The notes under the pieces: model-generated | What the model was told of the DNA's origin: nothing | The model's input: the letters and a program-made list of their open reading frames with translations, nothing else | Database searches by the model: none | Source of the DNA: Thalassobaculaceae bacterium | Lineage (GTDB): Bacteria; Pseudomonadota; Alphaproteobacteria; Thalassobaculales; Thalassobaculaceae | Reading direction: 5' to 3' | Assembly: GCA_963422445.2 (NCBI GenBank) | Contig: OY729512.2 | Span: forward strand, 4,787,566 to 4,851,565 | DNA length: 64,000 bases | Position numbers and translations under genes: made by a program | Shown here: positions 31,161 through 40,800 of the stretch, piece after piece | Position numbering within the stretch: the first letter of the stretch is position 1 | Layout of the letters: each line of letters starts with the position of its first letter

Positions 31161-32660
31161 TCAGGATTCCAGTGTGGCATCCTCAGCCGCAAACGGGTCT
31201 TCCTTGTCCTTTGCCGCCATGAGCGCGGCAAATTCTCCGACACTCACCGTCTTGTCGTTGATCGTGGCCAGTTCGGTAATGAAGTTGATGATCTTGTCCT
31301 CGTAGCACTGGCGTTGTATTGCTTCGAAGAAAATCTGCGCAATGTGCGCAGTGTTCTGCTGTTCGTCGAATCGGGCCTTGACATCCGCTGCAACCCGGCC
31401 GCGTATCATATCGATCTCGGCTTCCGACAGTTCGATATTGTTCATGGCGGCCACCTCCTGCAGCCGCAGGGCCAGGCGCACGCGACGTTCGGCCATCCTG
31501 CGGAAATCCGCCCTGGTTATCTCGTCGTAACCTTGGTCGATCTCAACATCATGGCTATGGTCATGGTCGTGGCCATGCTCTGGGACAGCAGGAGGCGGCT
31601 CGATTGCCGTTGCTTCGGGTGCTGGCGTTCCGGTATTATCCTCAACCATTTCCACAGTCGTCTTTGCATCAGCCTCTGCCGCCGAATCGCGACGGCTGGC
31701 ATTACAAATCGCAGCATATTCCTCGTTCACCATGCTTTCCGGCAGTTCGAACGCACGACCTTGGTCAAGCCGGTCAAGCAGTGATCGCTTGAAGAAGTCA
31801 GCCGTGGCTTGCTTATGGCTCTCGGTAATTCCGGCAGTAAATCTCTTGCGCACATCTTCAAGGGTCTCCGCCTGCAGACGAGTGCGGGCGAACTCATCGT
31901 CGAGCACGATCTCCCGGCGTTCCTGGATCTCCTTCACGGTGACGGCAACCACGACTTCCTTGCCAGCCCAATCCTGCCGATCATGGTCGTGAGGAAAAAC
32001 ATGCGTGATCGAAACGTCCTGACCGGCCGACACGTCAATGAGCTGCTCGTTGAATTCAGGCAGATTTGGATCCGGCTCACCAAGATTCAGGCGATAATCG
32101 TTCATGCTGCCTTCCGGCAACGGTTCGCCATCCATGGTGCACGCCAAATCGATCAGAAGAAAATCGTCGGACCGACTTCCGCGGGTTTCGGCTATCGGCC
32201 GGAAACCCAGCCCCAACCTGGTGGCCTCGGCAATGATCATGTTATCGACTTCTTCAACCGTCGGATCGATCACATATTTATCGAGCGTCAGGGCGCCAAA
32301 ATCGACCGGCTCGATCTCCGGCATCAATTCGAAACGAAGTGTGGCTTCCAGATCCTGCCCGACATCGAACTCCTCGAACTCGAGCTGCGGCTGCCGCACC
32401 GGCCGCAACTGGTGCCGGGTGAGCGTCGTTTCGGACATTTCGTTGGCGACCTTCTCGATCACTTCTTGCATGACGGCGGGCCCGTAGCGCTTCCGTATCA
32501 AATTGGTCGACACCTTGCCCGGACGGAAACCACGCATCTGAATCGTTGGCGCCAGTTCATTGATCCGGTCATTGACCCGGACTTCTATCTCCACAGCCGG
32601 AACGACGATCCTGAATTCACGCTTCAGGCCTTCGGAAACGGTCTCCGTTATCTGCATCAC
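31161..32660 (-). CDS. tig: Trigger factor, with an acidic/His-rich low-complexity insertion
   Basis: MQITETVSEGLKREFRIVVPA... GFRPGKV ribosome-binding motif, in the tig-clpP-clpX-lon order. The insertion ...PEHGHDHDHSHDVEIDQ... is encoded around 31545-31690. Confidence 0.93.
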   Translation of the reverse strand: MMQITETVSEGLKREFRIVVPAVEIEVRVNDRINELAPTIQMRGFRPGKVSTNLIRKRYGPAVMQEVIEKVANEMSETTLTRHQLRPVRQPQLEFEEFDVGQDLEATLRFELMPEIEPVDFGALTLDKYVIDPTVEEVDNMIIAEATRLGLGFRPIAETRGSRSDDFLLIDLACTMDGEPLPEGSMNDYRLNLGEPDPNLPEFNEQLIDVSAGQDVSITHVFPHDHDRQDWAGKEVVVAVTVKEIQERREIVLDDEFARTRLQAETLEDVRKRFTAGITESHKQATADFFKRSLLDRLDQGRAFELPESMVNEEYAAICNASRRDSAAEADAKTTVEMVEDNTGTPAPEATAIEPPPAVPEHGHDHDHSHDVEIDQGYDEITRADFRRMAERRVRLALRLQEVAAMNNIELSEAEIDMIRGRVAADVKARFDEQQNTAHIAQIFFEAIQRQCYEDKIINFITELATINDKTVSVGEFAALMAAKDKEDPFAAEDATLES

Positions 32661-32757
32661 TGCTGTCCAATCTCTCGCATTGCCACTGTGGCGATGCCGT
32701 CGTTACGCCGGGCTCCAGAATTACCGGCTGCGACCCAAATTCGGACCCGAACTAGAG

Positions 32758-32842
32758 TGGTGCGGGCGAAGGGACTCGAACCCCCACAGCTTGCGCCACC
32801 AGATCCTAAATCTGGCGTGTCTACCAGTTCCACCACACCCGC
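32758..32842 (-). tRNA. tRNA-Leu (anticodon TAG)
   Basis: 85-nt class II tRNA: GCGGGTG acceptor, anticodon arm CCAGA-TTTAGGA-TCTGG, long variable arm, T arm GGGGG-TTCGAGT-CCCTT, encoded ACCA. Confidence 0.9.
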
Positions 32843-32924
32843 ATCGTCGTCTGCCCCCGATCACAGCGGAATGGCTAAACGAACAGCCGCCGTGCGTCAA
32901 CGCTTCTGCAACCGGCCGGACCCA

Positions 32925-34340
32925 TTACTCACGTGCCAAGGTCCGTATTGCCGCCGACTGGGGAACCCGGCATGCGCCCAGATAACCCGCGCTGTTGTCT
33001 TCGATCTCGCCGGGACGATAGAGATAGTTGATCATCAGACCATAGGATCGCTTCAGACCGAGTTCGGACCGGTCGCCCATCCAGTTCAAGCGTTCGACCC
33101 GTGCTCCGTTACTGAGATGGAAATGGCCGACCGGATCGAGCACCCGGCCGCTCCTACCCTTGGTCAGATAACGCGCCGCAAGCCGGGTCAGCGGCTCCCG
33201 GAGCGTCTGCGCGACCGCATCGTCCTGCCGCCAGTCTGCGCGAGCCAGCAGATCACGGAGAATCATTGCGTTCTGCGTCGCCTCGCTGTACAGGCGGAGT
33301 TGCTTGCGGTCGGCCGCAGTCAATAACGTCGCATCCCCGGTCGTCAATATGCCATCCAGCCATCGCGAAAATCCCGGAATAGGCGACAAGGTCGCAAATG
33401 TCTTCAGATTCGGGAATTCACGGCCCAGCACCTCGACCACCCGTTTGATCAGAAAGTTTCCGAAACTGATCCCGACAAGGCCACGCTGGGCGTTGGAAAT
33501 CGAATAGAAGATCGCGGTGTCGGCGGTTTCCGGGTCGATTTCCGGAGCCGCTTCGTCAAGTAGCTGATCGACGCTCGGGGCCATTCCGTTGACCAGCGCG
33601 ACCTCGACAAAGATCAAGGGTTCGTCCGGCATGTTGAGATGAAAGAAGCCGAAGCATCGCCGGTCAATACCGAGCCGGTTTTTCAGATCATCCCAGGATT
33701 TGATCGCATGCACGGATTCATAAGCGATGAGCTTTTCCAGCAGGGCTGCCGGCGATGTCCAGTCAATCCGGCGCATGTCGAGCAGACCGATATCGAACCA
33801 TGCCGCCAACATGACGCGAAGATCGTCGGATAACGCGCGAACGGCGACACTGTCCCGTGCGATCGGCAACATTCCGGCTCGAAGATCGACCAGGAACTTG
33901 ACCCCTTCCGGCAGTGTCGTGAACCTTCGAAGCAGCGCACGCCAACGCGGCTCCAGCGATTGCCGCAACCGACTTTCGGCCACCCGCCGGGCCGGTTCGT
34001 CGTCGGCCGCCGCGACAGTCTCGATCGCGGCATCGACAGTGTCGCGGTCAATGTCGAAACCCGTCGCAAGTTCGACGAGAAACCGCATCCGTCCGGTCTG
34101 GTTCAGGCCCATATAAGCGCGCCCGAGTTCAGCCGCACGGGCCCGCGCCGAAATGTCGTTGGCCTGTCCGCCAATACAGGACTCCATCTGGCGGCGCAAC
34201 CTTGCGAGATCCTCATCGGGTAGATCGGGGCGAAGCTGCCCGCCAATGTACTGGCGTGTCGTCTGCGCCAGCTCGGTCCATGCCCGCTGCAGATTATCGA
34301 GAGTGCGATCAAGAAAGTTGAGGGCGCGGTCGTCGGCCAT
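32925..34340 (-). CDS. Malonyl-CoA decarboxylase family protein (ORF extends to 34415; likely start MADDRALNF at 34340)
   Basis: FYSISNAQRGLVGISFGNFLIKRVVEVL and LSPIPGFSRWL match my memory of the MCD family signature. Confidence 0.8.
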   Translation of the reverse strand: MADDRALNFLDRTLDNLQRAWTELAQTTRQYIGGQLRPDLPDEDLARLRRQMESCIGGQANDISARARAAELGRAYMGLNQTGRMRFLVELATGFDIDRDTVDAAIETVAAADDEPARRVAESRLRQSLEPRWRALLRRFTTLPEGVKFLVDLRAGMLPIARDSVAVRALSDDLRVMLAAWFDIGLLDMRRIDWTSPAALLEKLIAYESVHAIKSWDDLKNRLGIDRRCFGFFHLNMPDEPLIFVEVALVNGMAPSVDQLLDEAAPEIDPETADTAIFYSISNAQRGLVGISFGNFLIKRVVEVLGREFPNLKTFATLSPIPGFSRWLDGILTTGDATLLTAADRKQLRLYSEATQNAMILRDLLARADWRQDDAVAQTLREPLTRLAARYLTKGRSGRVLDPVGHFHLSNGARVERLNWMGDRSELGLKRSYGLMINYLYRPGEIEDNSAGYLGACRVPQSAAIRTLARE

Positions 34341-34418
34341 GACGGTCACTCGGAGCAGGGATTTCGCTTCAGGCTGGAGATTTCGGAATATGGTCAAGCG
34401 GCAACGGATTTCCAAGCC

Positions 34419-35909
34419 TTATCCCTGTTGCCGGGCTTGCATCAGGCTCTGCCAGAGGCGGCTGGGCAGATCTTCGGCCAGCAGACCGGGTCCGGCGGCT
34501 GTTGCCGCCGCGGCATTGATCCAGACCGCAGCCGCGGCAGCTTCAAACGCCGGCATACCTCGAGCCAGCAAGCCGAGCACGGTGCCGGCGAGCACATCGC
34601 CGGTCCCGCCAGTCGCCAGCGACGGCGGCGCATTGTCGTTGACAAGGGCGCGCCCATCCGGATCGGCGATAACGGTATCGGAGCCCTTCAGCACAACTAC
34701 GGCACCGGTCCGGTCAGCGGCAATCCGGGCCCGTTCAAGCTTGCCGTACTGTCCGAGATCGGGAAACAGCCGCACGAATTCGGCGTCATGCGGCGTAATG
34801 ACCAACGGGCCAGCCCGATGTTCAGCAATCGCAGCGGCATTGTCCGCAAAGACCCCGAGAGCATCAGCATCCAGCACCAAGGCACGACCAGTGGTCAGCG
34901 CCGTCAGTGCATTCTGCATGGTCAGCGGCTCAACGCCCAGGCCTGGACCAACCAACACCGCGTTCCGGCGCGAGTCGGACATGATCCTCCGAAACCCCGC
35001 ATTGTCCTCGCAATCGGCAACCAGAACCCCTGCCGAGCCGGCCCGGTACACATTGGCAACGCGTGGCGGGGCGGCAATTGTCAACAGTCCGGCACCAATG
35101 CGACGTGCCGCCTCGGTGGCAAGGCGGGCCGCTCCTGTCATCACCGCGCCCCCGACGACGACCGCGTGGCCGCGCCGGTATTTGTGGTCATCTACGCTCT
35201 CGACCGGCAACCGGTCCGCCCATGCCGATGGCCGGTTCACGCCCTGCCGCGGCTGTATCGAATTCAGCACAATGTCGGGGATACCGATATCGAGGACCCG
35301 CACAGCGCCACAATGGTCTCGGCCGGGAAGCAGCAGATGACCGGGCTTGGCACGAAAGAAGGTCACGGTCACTGTTGCCGGCGCCACGGCGCCACGAATC
35401 CGACCAGTATCACCGTCAAGCCCGCTTGGCATGTCAACCGCGACCGACACGGAAGAGCCGGTGGCAACCCGGTCGCGCAGGGCCTCGACGATGTCTCTTG
35501 CGGGTCCCGAAAGATCGCGGCTGAGACCGGCCCCGAACAAGGCGTCCACGACCAGACCAGCACCATCGAGACGTGCAGGTGAAGCCGCTTCGACCGGACC
35601 GCCCCATCGGTCGGCTGCGGTCGCAGCGTCACCCTGGAGCGCATCGGCAGACCCAAGCAGGCTGACGCGGACTGGCCAGCCCGATCCGCGCAATATTCGG
35701 CCGATCACAAAACCGTCACCGCCATTGTTGCCTGGTCCGCAGAGCACCACCGTCGGCCGGGCGGCGAACCGGCGCTGAATGACCTTTGCCGTGCCTTCGC
35801 CTGCAGATTCCATGAGATCGATACCGGTTGTTCCGCCACTGATCGCGAGACGGTCGGCCTCGCGTGTCTCCGCCACGGTCAGTAATGCGGTATCGCTGAA
35901 TAACGCCAT
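34419..35909 (-). CDS. nnr: Bifunctional NAD(P)H-hydrate repair enzyme (epimerase/ADP-dependent dehydratase, YjeF-like)
   Basis: N-domain VVLCGPGNNGGDGFV. C-domain HKYRRGHAVVVGGAVMTGAARLA ... ATGGTGDVLAG. 496 aa. Confidence 0.88.
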   Translation of the reverse strand: MALFSDTALLTVAETREADRLAISGGTTGIDLMESAGEGTAKVIQRRFAARPTVVLCGPGNNGGDGFVIGRILRGSGWPVRVSLLGSADALQGDAATAADRWGGPVEAASPARLDGAGLVVDALFGAGLSRDLSGPARDIVEALRDRVATGSSVSVAVDMPSGLDGDTGRIRGAVAPATVTVTFFRAKPGHLLLPGRDHCGAVRVLDIGIPDIVLNSIQPRQGVNRPSAWADRLPVESVDDHKYRRGHAVVVGGAVMTGAARLATEAARRIGAGLLTIAAPPRVANVYRAGSAGVLVADCEDNAGFRRIMSDSRRNAVLVGPGLGVEPLTMQNALTALTTGRALVLDADALGVFADNAAAIAEHRAGPLVITPHDAEFVRLFPDLGQYGKLERARIAADRTGAVVVLKGSDTVIADPDGRALVNDNAPPSLATGGTGDVLAGTVLGLLARGMPAFEAAAAAVWINAAAATAAGPGLLAEDLPSRLWQSLMQARQQG

Positions 35910-36018
35910 GGCCGGCTCTACATCACGAATGGCAGATCACGAACAGACGTTTCGCGCCCGCTCGCAAGGTCCACAACAAAGCGGCACACGAGCAACATAC
36001 CATATCTGAAAAGAGGTA

Positions 36019-36096
36019 TGGGGCGAGTGATGGGACTTGAACCCACGACTTCCAGATCCACAATCTGGCGCTCTAACCGCCTGAGCTACACCCGCC
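36019..36096 (-). tRNA. tRNA-His (anticodon GTG) with encoded G-1
   Basis: Hand fold: G-1 plus GCGGGTG/CACTCGC acceptor, discriminator C, anticodon arm CCAGA-TTGTGGA-TCTGG, T arm GTGGG-TTCAAGT-CCCAT, CCA encoded. Confidence 0.9.
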
Positions 36097-36133
36097 ACAT
36101 CATGGCAGCCAGTAAAGCAACGGCGTTTCACCG

Positions 36134-37294
36134 TCAACCGAAATGACCCGCGAGCCGCGCAGCGGCAGCATCGAGCACCGAATCACGCTTGGCAAAACAA
36201 AACCGAATGAAGCTTTGTGGACCGCCCTCCTGGTAAAAGGCGCTTACCGGCACCGCCGCCACACCGACCTTGGTCGTGATGTAACGGCAAAAGTCCACAT
36301 CGCTGCCGTCAAAGCCGGTCCCCGCGATGTCGACGAACAGGAAATATGTGCCCTCGCAGGGTACCGGCAGAAAGCCCGGAATTTTCGCGAGCGCATCGGA
36401 CAACCGATCACGCTTGCCACGCATCGCATTATTCAGATCCATGAAGTATGAATCCGGAAGGGCAAGCCCGTGAGCGACGGCACGCTGCAGATTGGGCGGC
36501 GTCGTGAATACCAAAAACTGGTGTGCTTTGAAAACCAGCCGCATCAATTCAGCCGGCCCGGTCAGATAACCAACCTTCCAGCCGGTCAGCGAGAAGGTCT
36601 TGCCAGCCGATCCGATCCGGATCGTGCGCTCCCGCATGCCCGGCAGACAAATCAGCGGCAAATGTTCGCGGCCATCGAAGGCCATGTGCTCGTAAACCTC
36701 GTCGCAGACTGCGATCGCATCATGTTGCTTGACCAGGGCGGCGATCGCCGCGAGCTCGTCCCGTGTGTAGACCTTCGAGGCCGGGTTCTGCGGCGAATTG
36801 ACAACCAGCATCCGGGTCCGGTCCGTGAAGGCCGCCCGCAAGGCGTCGAGATCAAGAGACCAGTCCGGCGGTTGCAAGGATACGAGGGTCGGGATACCGC
36901 CGGCCCGCCGGATGATCGGCTGGTAGCAATCGTAGAGCGGTTCGATCAGGACAACTTCGTCGCCTGGCTCGATCAGACCGAAAAAACAGGCGGCCAATCC
37001 TTCGGTGGCACCGGTCGAGACCATGGTTTCGGTCTGCCAGTCAATATCGAGACCGTAGAATCGCTTACCATGTGCGGCGACCGCCTGGCGCAACTCCGGA
37101 ACCCCGAGCATTGGCGGATACTGGTTTGGCGGATCGTAAAGACATTCCGACGCCTTATCGAGCACCACATCGGGACCGCGGTCATCGGGAAACCCCTGAC
37201 CGAGATTGATGGCTCCAGTCTCGATGGCAAGGCGTGACATGAGCTCAAATACCGTGGTTCCGTAGGATCCGAGGATTGAGTTGCCTCGCTTCAT
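36134..37294 (-). CDS. Class I/II PLP-dependent aminotransferase (YbdL/kynurenine-aminotransferase-like)
   Basis: 386 aa with INLGQGFPD, NSPQNPASKVY and SAGKTFSLTGWKVGY (PLP lysine) motifs. Confidence 0.85.
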   Translation of the reverse strand: MKRGNSILGSYGTTVFELMSRLAIETGAINLGQGFPDDRGPDVVLDKASECLYDPPNQYPPMLGVPELRQAVAAHGKRFYGLDIDWQTETMVSTGATEGLAACFFGLIEPGDEVVLIEPLYDCYQPIIRRAGGIPTLVSLQPPDWSLDLDALRAAFTDRTRMLVVNSPQNPASKVYTRDELAAIAALVKQHDAIAVCDEVYEHMAFDGREHLPLICLPGMRERTIRIGSAGKTFSLTGWKVGYLTGPAELMRLVFKAHQFLVFTTPPNLQRAVAHGLALPDSYFMDLNNAMRGKRDRLSDALAKIPGFLPVPCEGTYFLFVDIAGTGFDGSDVDFCRYITTKVGVAAVPVSAFYQEGGPQSFIRFCFAKRDSVLDAAAARLAGHFG

Positions 37295-37517
37295 TTAACC
37301 GCACTCCGTGTAAAATATCTCCGCCAACAAGGTCGTATTCGATTGTCGCGTCATGATCGCGATATCGGCAATTGCAATCTTAACAGCGGTGCAACGGGCT
37401 TGACAGTGACGGCAACCGCAGGGCTATCCTGCCAACCGGCCGTGCCCTTTTGATCGCTCGCCTTCGCCGACGCTGTAACCGGCGCGGCGCGGAAGATTGA
37501 AGTAGGCGGGGCAGAGC

Positions 37518-37739
37518 ATGCGTTCAGACCGGAGTTTCGCCGTGCGTATTCGAGTCGACCCGGAAGTCTGCCAAGGCCATAATCGCTGCACGATGATTGC
37601 GCCCGATCTGTTCAAACTCGACGACATCGGGATGGCCACCGCCGCCGACGATGGTGTCATTCCTTCCGGTCGCGAGGAGGCGGCCCGGCTGGCGATCGCG
37701 AATTGCCCCGAATTCGCCATCAGCATCGTGGACGAATAG
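37518..37739 (+). CDS. Small [3Fe-4S]-type ferredoxin, probable P450 redox partner (alternative GTG start at 37542)
   Basis: VRIRVDPEVCQGHNRCTMIAPDLF...ANCPEFAISI is the CxxHxxC...CP pattern of P450-associated ferredoxins. Confidence 0.75.
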   Translation: MRSDRSFAVRIRVDPEVCQGHNRCTMIAPDLFKLDDIGMATAADDGVIPSGREEAARLAIANCPEFAISIVDE

Positions 37740-37866
37740 AACTTCGAAAGGATTGTGCGATGACAGACCGCGAATGTCCGGTTGAAGACTGGGCGACTGA
37801 TACCAAGCGCGCTCCAAATTGACTCACCATCCCAATATGTTGGGGTGACGGTCCGGACGACCTTCA

Positions 37867-38996
37867 TAGACTGTGGTGATCGACTCACCAGCGCCGGAGG
37901 ATGACGATGAGTGCGGCAACGCCGATAACCTGGACGGGCACACACAGCGGACGAGCTCCACGCGCTTTCGAGGCACTGCGGGGACGCGAAGCAAGCGTCG
38001 CGCGCGCGTGCGCTCGCCATGATCATGGAGGGTGCGTCTCGCACGGAGGCGGCTCGGGCGCAGGGCATGGAGCTTCAAATCCTGCGCGACTGGGTGTTGC
38101 GCTACAACACGGAGGGCTTCGACGGCCTCGCGGATCTCCCGCGCGGCGGGAGCGAGGGCCGGTTGACGGACGCGCAGATCGCCGAGATCGGCGCCTGGAT
38201 CGAGGCGGGTCCCGAGCTTGAGCGGGACGGTGTGACGCGCTGGCGCGTTCAGGACATCGTACGGAAAATCGAGGAGGCCTTCGGGGTCATCTATACGGAG
38301 AGCGGTGCCCGTATGATGCTCCGAAGGGCCGGGTTTCGCTTTGTCTCGGGGCGGCCGGTCCACCCCAAAGCCGACGCGGAGCGGCAGAGGTCGTTCGTGG
38401 CGGAGTTCGAGGCACAGTTGACGTCGGCGCTCAGCTCTGAGGCGCTGGCGGGTCCGATAGAAATCTGGTTCCAGGACGAAGCGCGCATCGGCCAGAAGGG
38501 GATGACGACACGGGTCTGGGCGAATGGGAAGCAGCGTCCGCGCATCGTGCGCGACCATCGCTATGGCTACGTCTATCTGTTCGGCGCCACCTGCGCAGAG
38601 CGCGGCGTCGGCATCGCCCACGTGGCGGACAGGGCGAACACGGCGTCGATGAACGAGCATCTGGCGGCGATCGGCGCGGCCGTGGCGCCGGGTGCGCACG
38701 GCGTGATTGTGCTGGACGGGGCGGGCTGGCATCGCTCGGGCGACCTTCTCGTTCCCCCCAACCTGACGCGCGTGCATCTGCCGCCCTACAGTCCGGAACT
38801 CAATCCGATGGAGCCGATCATTCTGTTCCTGAAATCGAACCGCTTCGCCAACCGCGTGTTCAAGGATGTCTCCGCCCTGAGGGACGCCTGCTGGACGGGG
38901 TGGCAATGGCTGACCGACCAGCCCGACGTCATCACCAATACGACCCGGCGCAGCTGGGCCGTAGCCCCATCGTGCTGATCCCGATGCCTCACTGTA
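37867..38996 (+). mobile_element. IS630/Tc1-like insertion sequence of a different subgroup; ends tentative
   Basis: Right end ...CCTCACTG|TA has the CAGTG-type terminus. The left candidate TA|GACTGTGGTGATCG matches the right-end reverse complement only about 65 percent. It occupies the gap between the ferredoxin stop and the P450 start. Confidence 0.6.
38019..38978 (+). CDS. IS630-family DDE transposase, N-terminus apparently frameshifted
   Basis: WFQDEARIGQKG, VIVLDGAGWHRS and LPPYSPELNPMEPI motifs. The same frame is open upstream only to a TAA at 37926 (…GRAHTADELHALSRH…) with no start codon. An ATG at 37901 lies in another frame (MTMSAATPIT), which implies a 1-nt indel near 37925-37930. 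Confidence 0.75.
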   Translation: MIMEGASRTEAARAQGMELQILRDWVLRYNTEGFDGLADLPRGGSEGRLTDAQIAEIGAWIEAGPELERDGVTRWRVQDIVRKIEEAFGVIYTESGARMMLRRAGFRFVSGRPVHPKADAERQRSFVAEFEAQLTSALSSEALAGPIEIWFQDEARIGQKGMTTRVWANGKQRPRIVRDHRYGYVYLFGATCAERGVGIAHVADRANTASMNEHLAAIGAAVAPGAHGVIVLDGAGWHRSGDLLVPPNLTRVHLPPYSPELNPMEPIILFLKSNRFANRVFKDVSALRDACWTGWQWLTDQPDVITNTTRRSWAVAPSC

Positions 38997-39005
38997 TCGG
39001 TTCAT

Positions 39006-40217
39006 ATGACTTGCGTTTGGTATGATTACGACATTTTCGATCCCGACTATGTCAAGGATCCTGCCACGGTCTGGAAGGAATTGCACGAGCACTGCCCGAT
39101 CGCACATAGTGAGCGCTGGGGCGGATCCTGGATGGCGACGAAATATAGCGATCTGCAGAAGCTCGTCCGGATGACTCCGGAACTGTCGTCACGGGCGCCT
39201 GCCGTCATACCGCTGCCGCCGGATATGGTCGAGGAGGCCATTGCCGAGGTCAAACAGTACGGGATCACGGAAAATCCGCCGATCACGGCCGATCCACCGG
39301 ACCATCGACCCTACAAGCAATTGATCATGCCGTTCTTTCTGCCGACTGCCGTCGACGGATACCGCGCCTTTACCGAGGCCTTGTGCCACGATCTGATCGA
39401 TCGTTTCATCGCCTCAAGCGAGGCGGATGCCGCTGTCGACTACGCCCAGCAAATACCGCCCCGGGTGATCGCACAGATGCTTGGCATCGACGGCACGCGG
39501 GCCGATGACTTTACCGAATGGACGCGGGGTTTTCTGGAGTTGGGCCAGACCGACCCGGAGATTCGCAAACGGACCCGCCGTCTGATCCGGTCCTATTTCG
39601 CCGAACTCGTCACCGACCGTCGCAAGGCTCCGGGCGACGATGTGATCTCCCGCCTGATCGCGGCCAGGATCAATGACAAACCGCTGGAGGATCATACGAT
39701 CGTCGGCATCCTGTTGTTGCTTCTGGTTGCCGGCATCGACACGACCTGGAGTTCCATCGGCGCCTCGCTCTGGCATTTTGCGGATCATCCGAACGACCGG
39801 AGACGGCTTGCCGGCGAACCGGCACTGTTCCCGACCGCGATCGAGGAGATGCTGCGCTATTATTCCCCAGTAATGATGGCGCGCAAGGTCACGGCGCCGG
39901 TGGAGATCGGCGACGCCAGTTTCAATCCTGGCGACAAGGTGATTCTGAACTTCCCGGCAGCCAATCGCGACGCAGAGATTTTCGAGCGCGCCGACGAATT
40001 GGTCCTGGACCGTGAGCAGAACCGTCATCTCGCATTCGGGCTGGGTATTCATCGCTGCGCGGGATCGAATCTGGCGCGCATGGAGATGGATGTGGCGCTG
40101 CGTGTCTGGTTCGAGCGGATTCCGGAGTTCGAACTTTCGCGCCCGGACGATGTGGTGTGGGCTGGCGGTCAGGTTCGCGGACCGCGCAGTGTTCCGGTCC
40201 GATTCCCGGCAGGCTGA
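39006..40217 (+). CDS. Cytochrome P450
   Basis: 403 aa. I-helix LLLLVAGIDTT, EEMLRYYSP (ExxR), and heme loop FGLGIHRCAGSNLA. Confidence 0.93.
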   Translation: MTCVWYDYDIFDPDYVKDPATVWKELHEHCPIAHSERWGGSWMATKYSDLQKLVRMTPELSSRAPAVIPLPPDMVEEAIAEVKQYGITENPPITADPPDHRPYKQLIMPFFLPTAVDGYRAFTEALCHDLIDRFIASSEADAAVDYAQQIPPRVIAQMLGIDGTRADDFTEWTRGFLELGQTDPEIRKRTRRLIRSYFAELVTDRRKAPGDDVISRLIAARINDKPLEDHTIVGILLLLLVAGIDTTWSSIGASLWHFADHPNDRRRLAGEPALFPTAIEEMLRYYSPVMMARKVTAPVEIGDASFNPGDKVILNFPAANRDAEIFERADELVLDREQNRHLAFGLGIHRCAGSNLARMEMDVALRVWFERIPEFELSRPDDVVWAGGQVRGPRSVPVRFPAG

Positions 40218-40220
40218 ACG

Positions 40221-40743
40221 CCACGGCGATCCTACGCCAGGTTCGCCCTGTTTTTCTCGTGCCTGCCGATAAGGTGGTCGACCGCGCGAAACGAGGTCTT
40301 CACGGCGCGTTGGTCCCGGATCGGTCGGTCGATGCGGCGCGGCGCGTTGTCGGTCGGGCGATCAATCGCCGCAAGCGTCACCTTGCTGTCGACGTCGACG
40401 GCAACCTGCTTGTCGCCCAGGTCCATCCGGCGTATATCCAGGATCGGGATGGTGCGCGTCCCTTGTTGCTGGCGTTGCAGGCCGGTCAGAACACTGTGTA
40501 CACCGTGTTTGCCGACGGCGTACGGCGTATGGCGGCGACAAGCTGGCAAGTACGATCAAGAAAGCGAATGGCCCGATCACTGTGGAGGTCATCGGAAAAC
40601 CCAGGGACGCCAAGGGGTTCGTCGTCATGTCCCGGCGCTGGGTGGTCGAACGCACCTTCGGATGGCTGCGCCGCTGCCGGCTCCTCTCCAAAGACTTCGA
40701 GCGATCCATCGCCAGCGCCCTCCTTGGTTCCTGCTGGCTCTGA
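40221..40743 (+). pseudogene. IS5-family transposase C-terminal remnant (frameshifted near 40520)
   Basis: INRRKRHLAVDVDGNLLVAQVHPAYIQDRDGARPLL...VFADG then, after a frame change, YGGDKLASTIKKANGPITVEVIGKPRDAKGFVVMSRRWVVERTFGWLRRCRLLSKDFERSI. It begins 4 nt after the P450 stop. Confidence 0.7.
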
Positions 40744-40800
40744 GCCGTGTTCTCATGCGCCGCTTCGGACGCATGAAGGTCACTCTAACTATTTGATATA

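Noticed and set aside
37824-39107. 427-aa minus-strand ORF
   Set aside because: It lies antisense to the IS630-family transposase and extends into the P450 start. Composition artefact.
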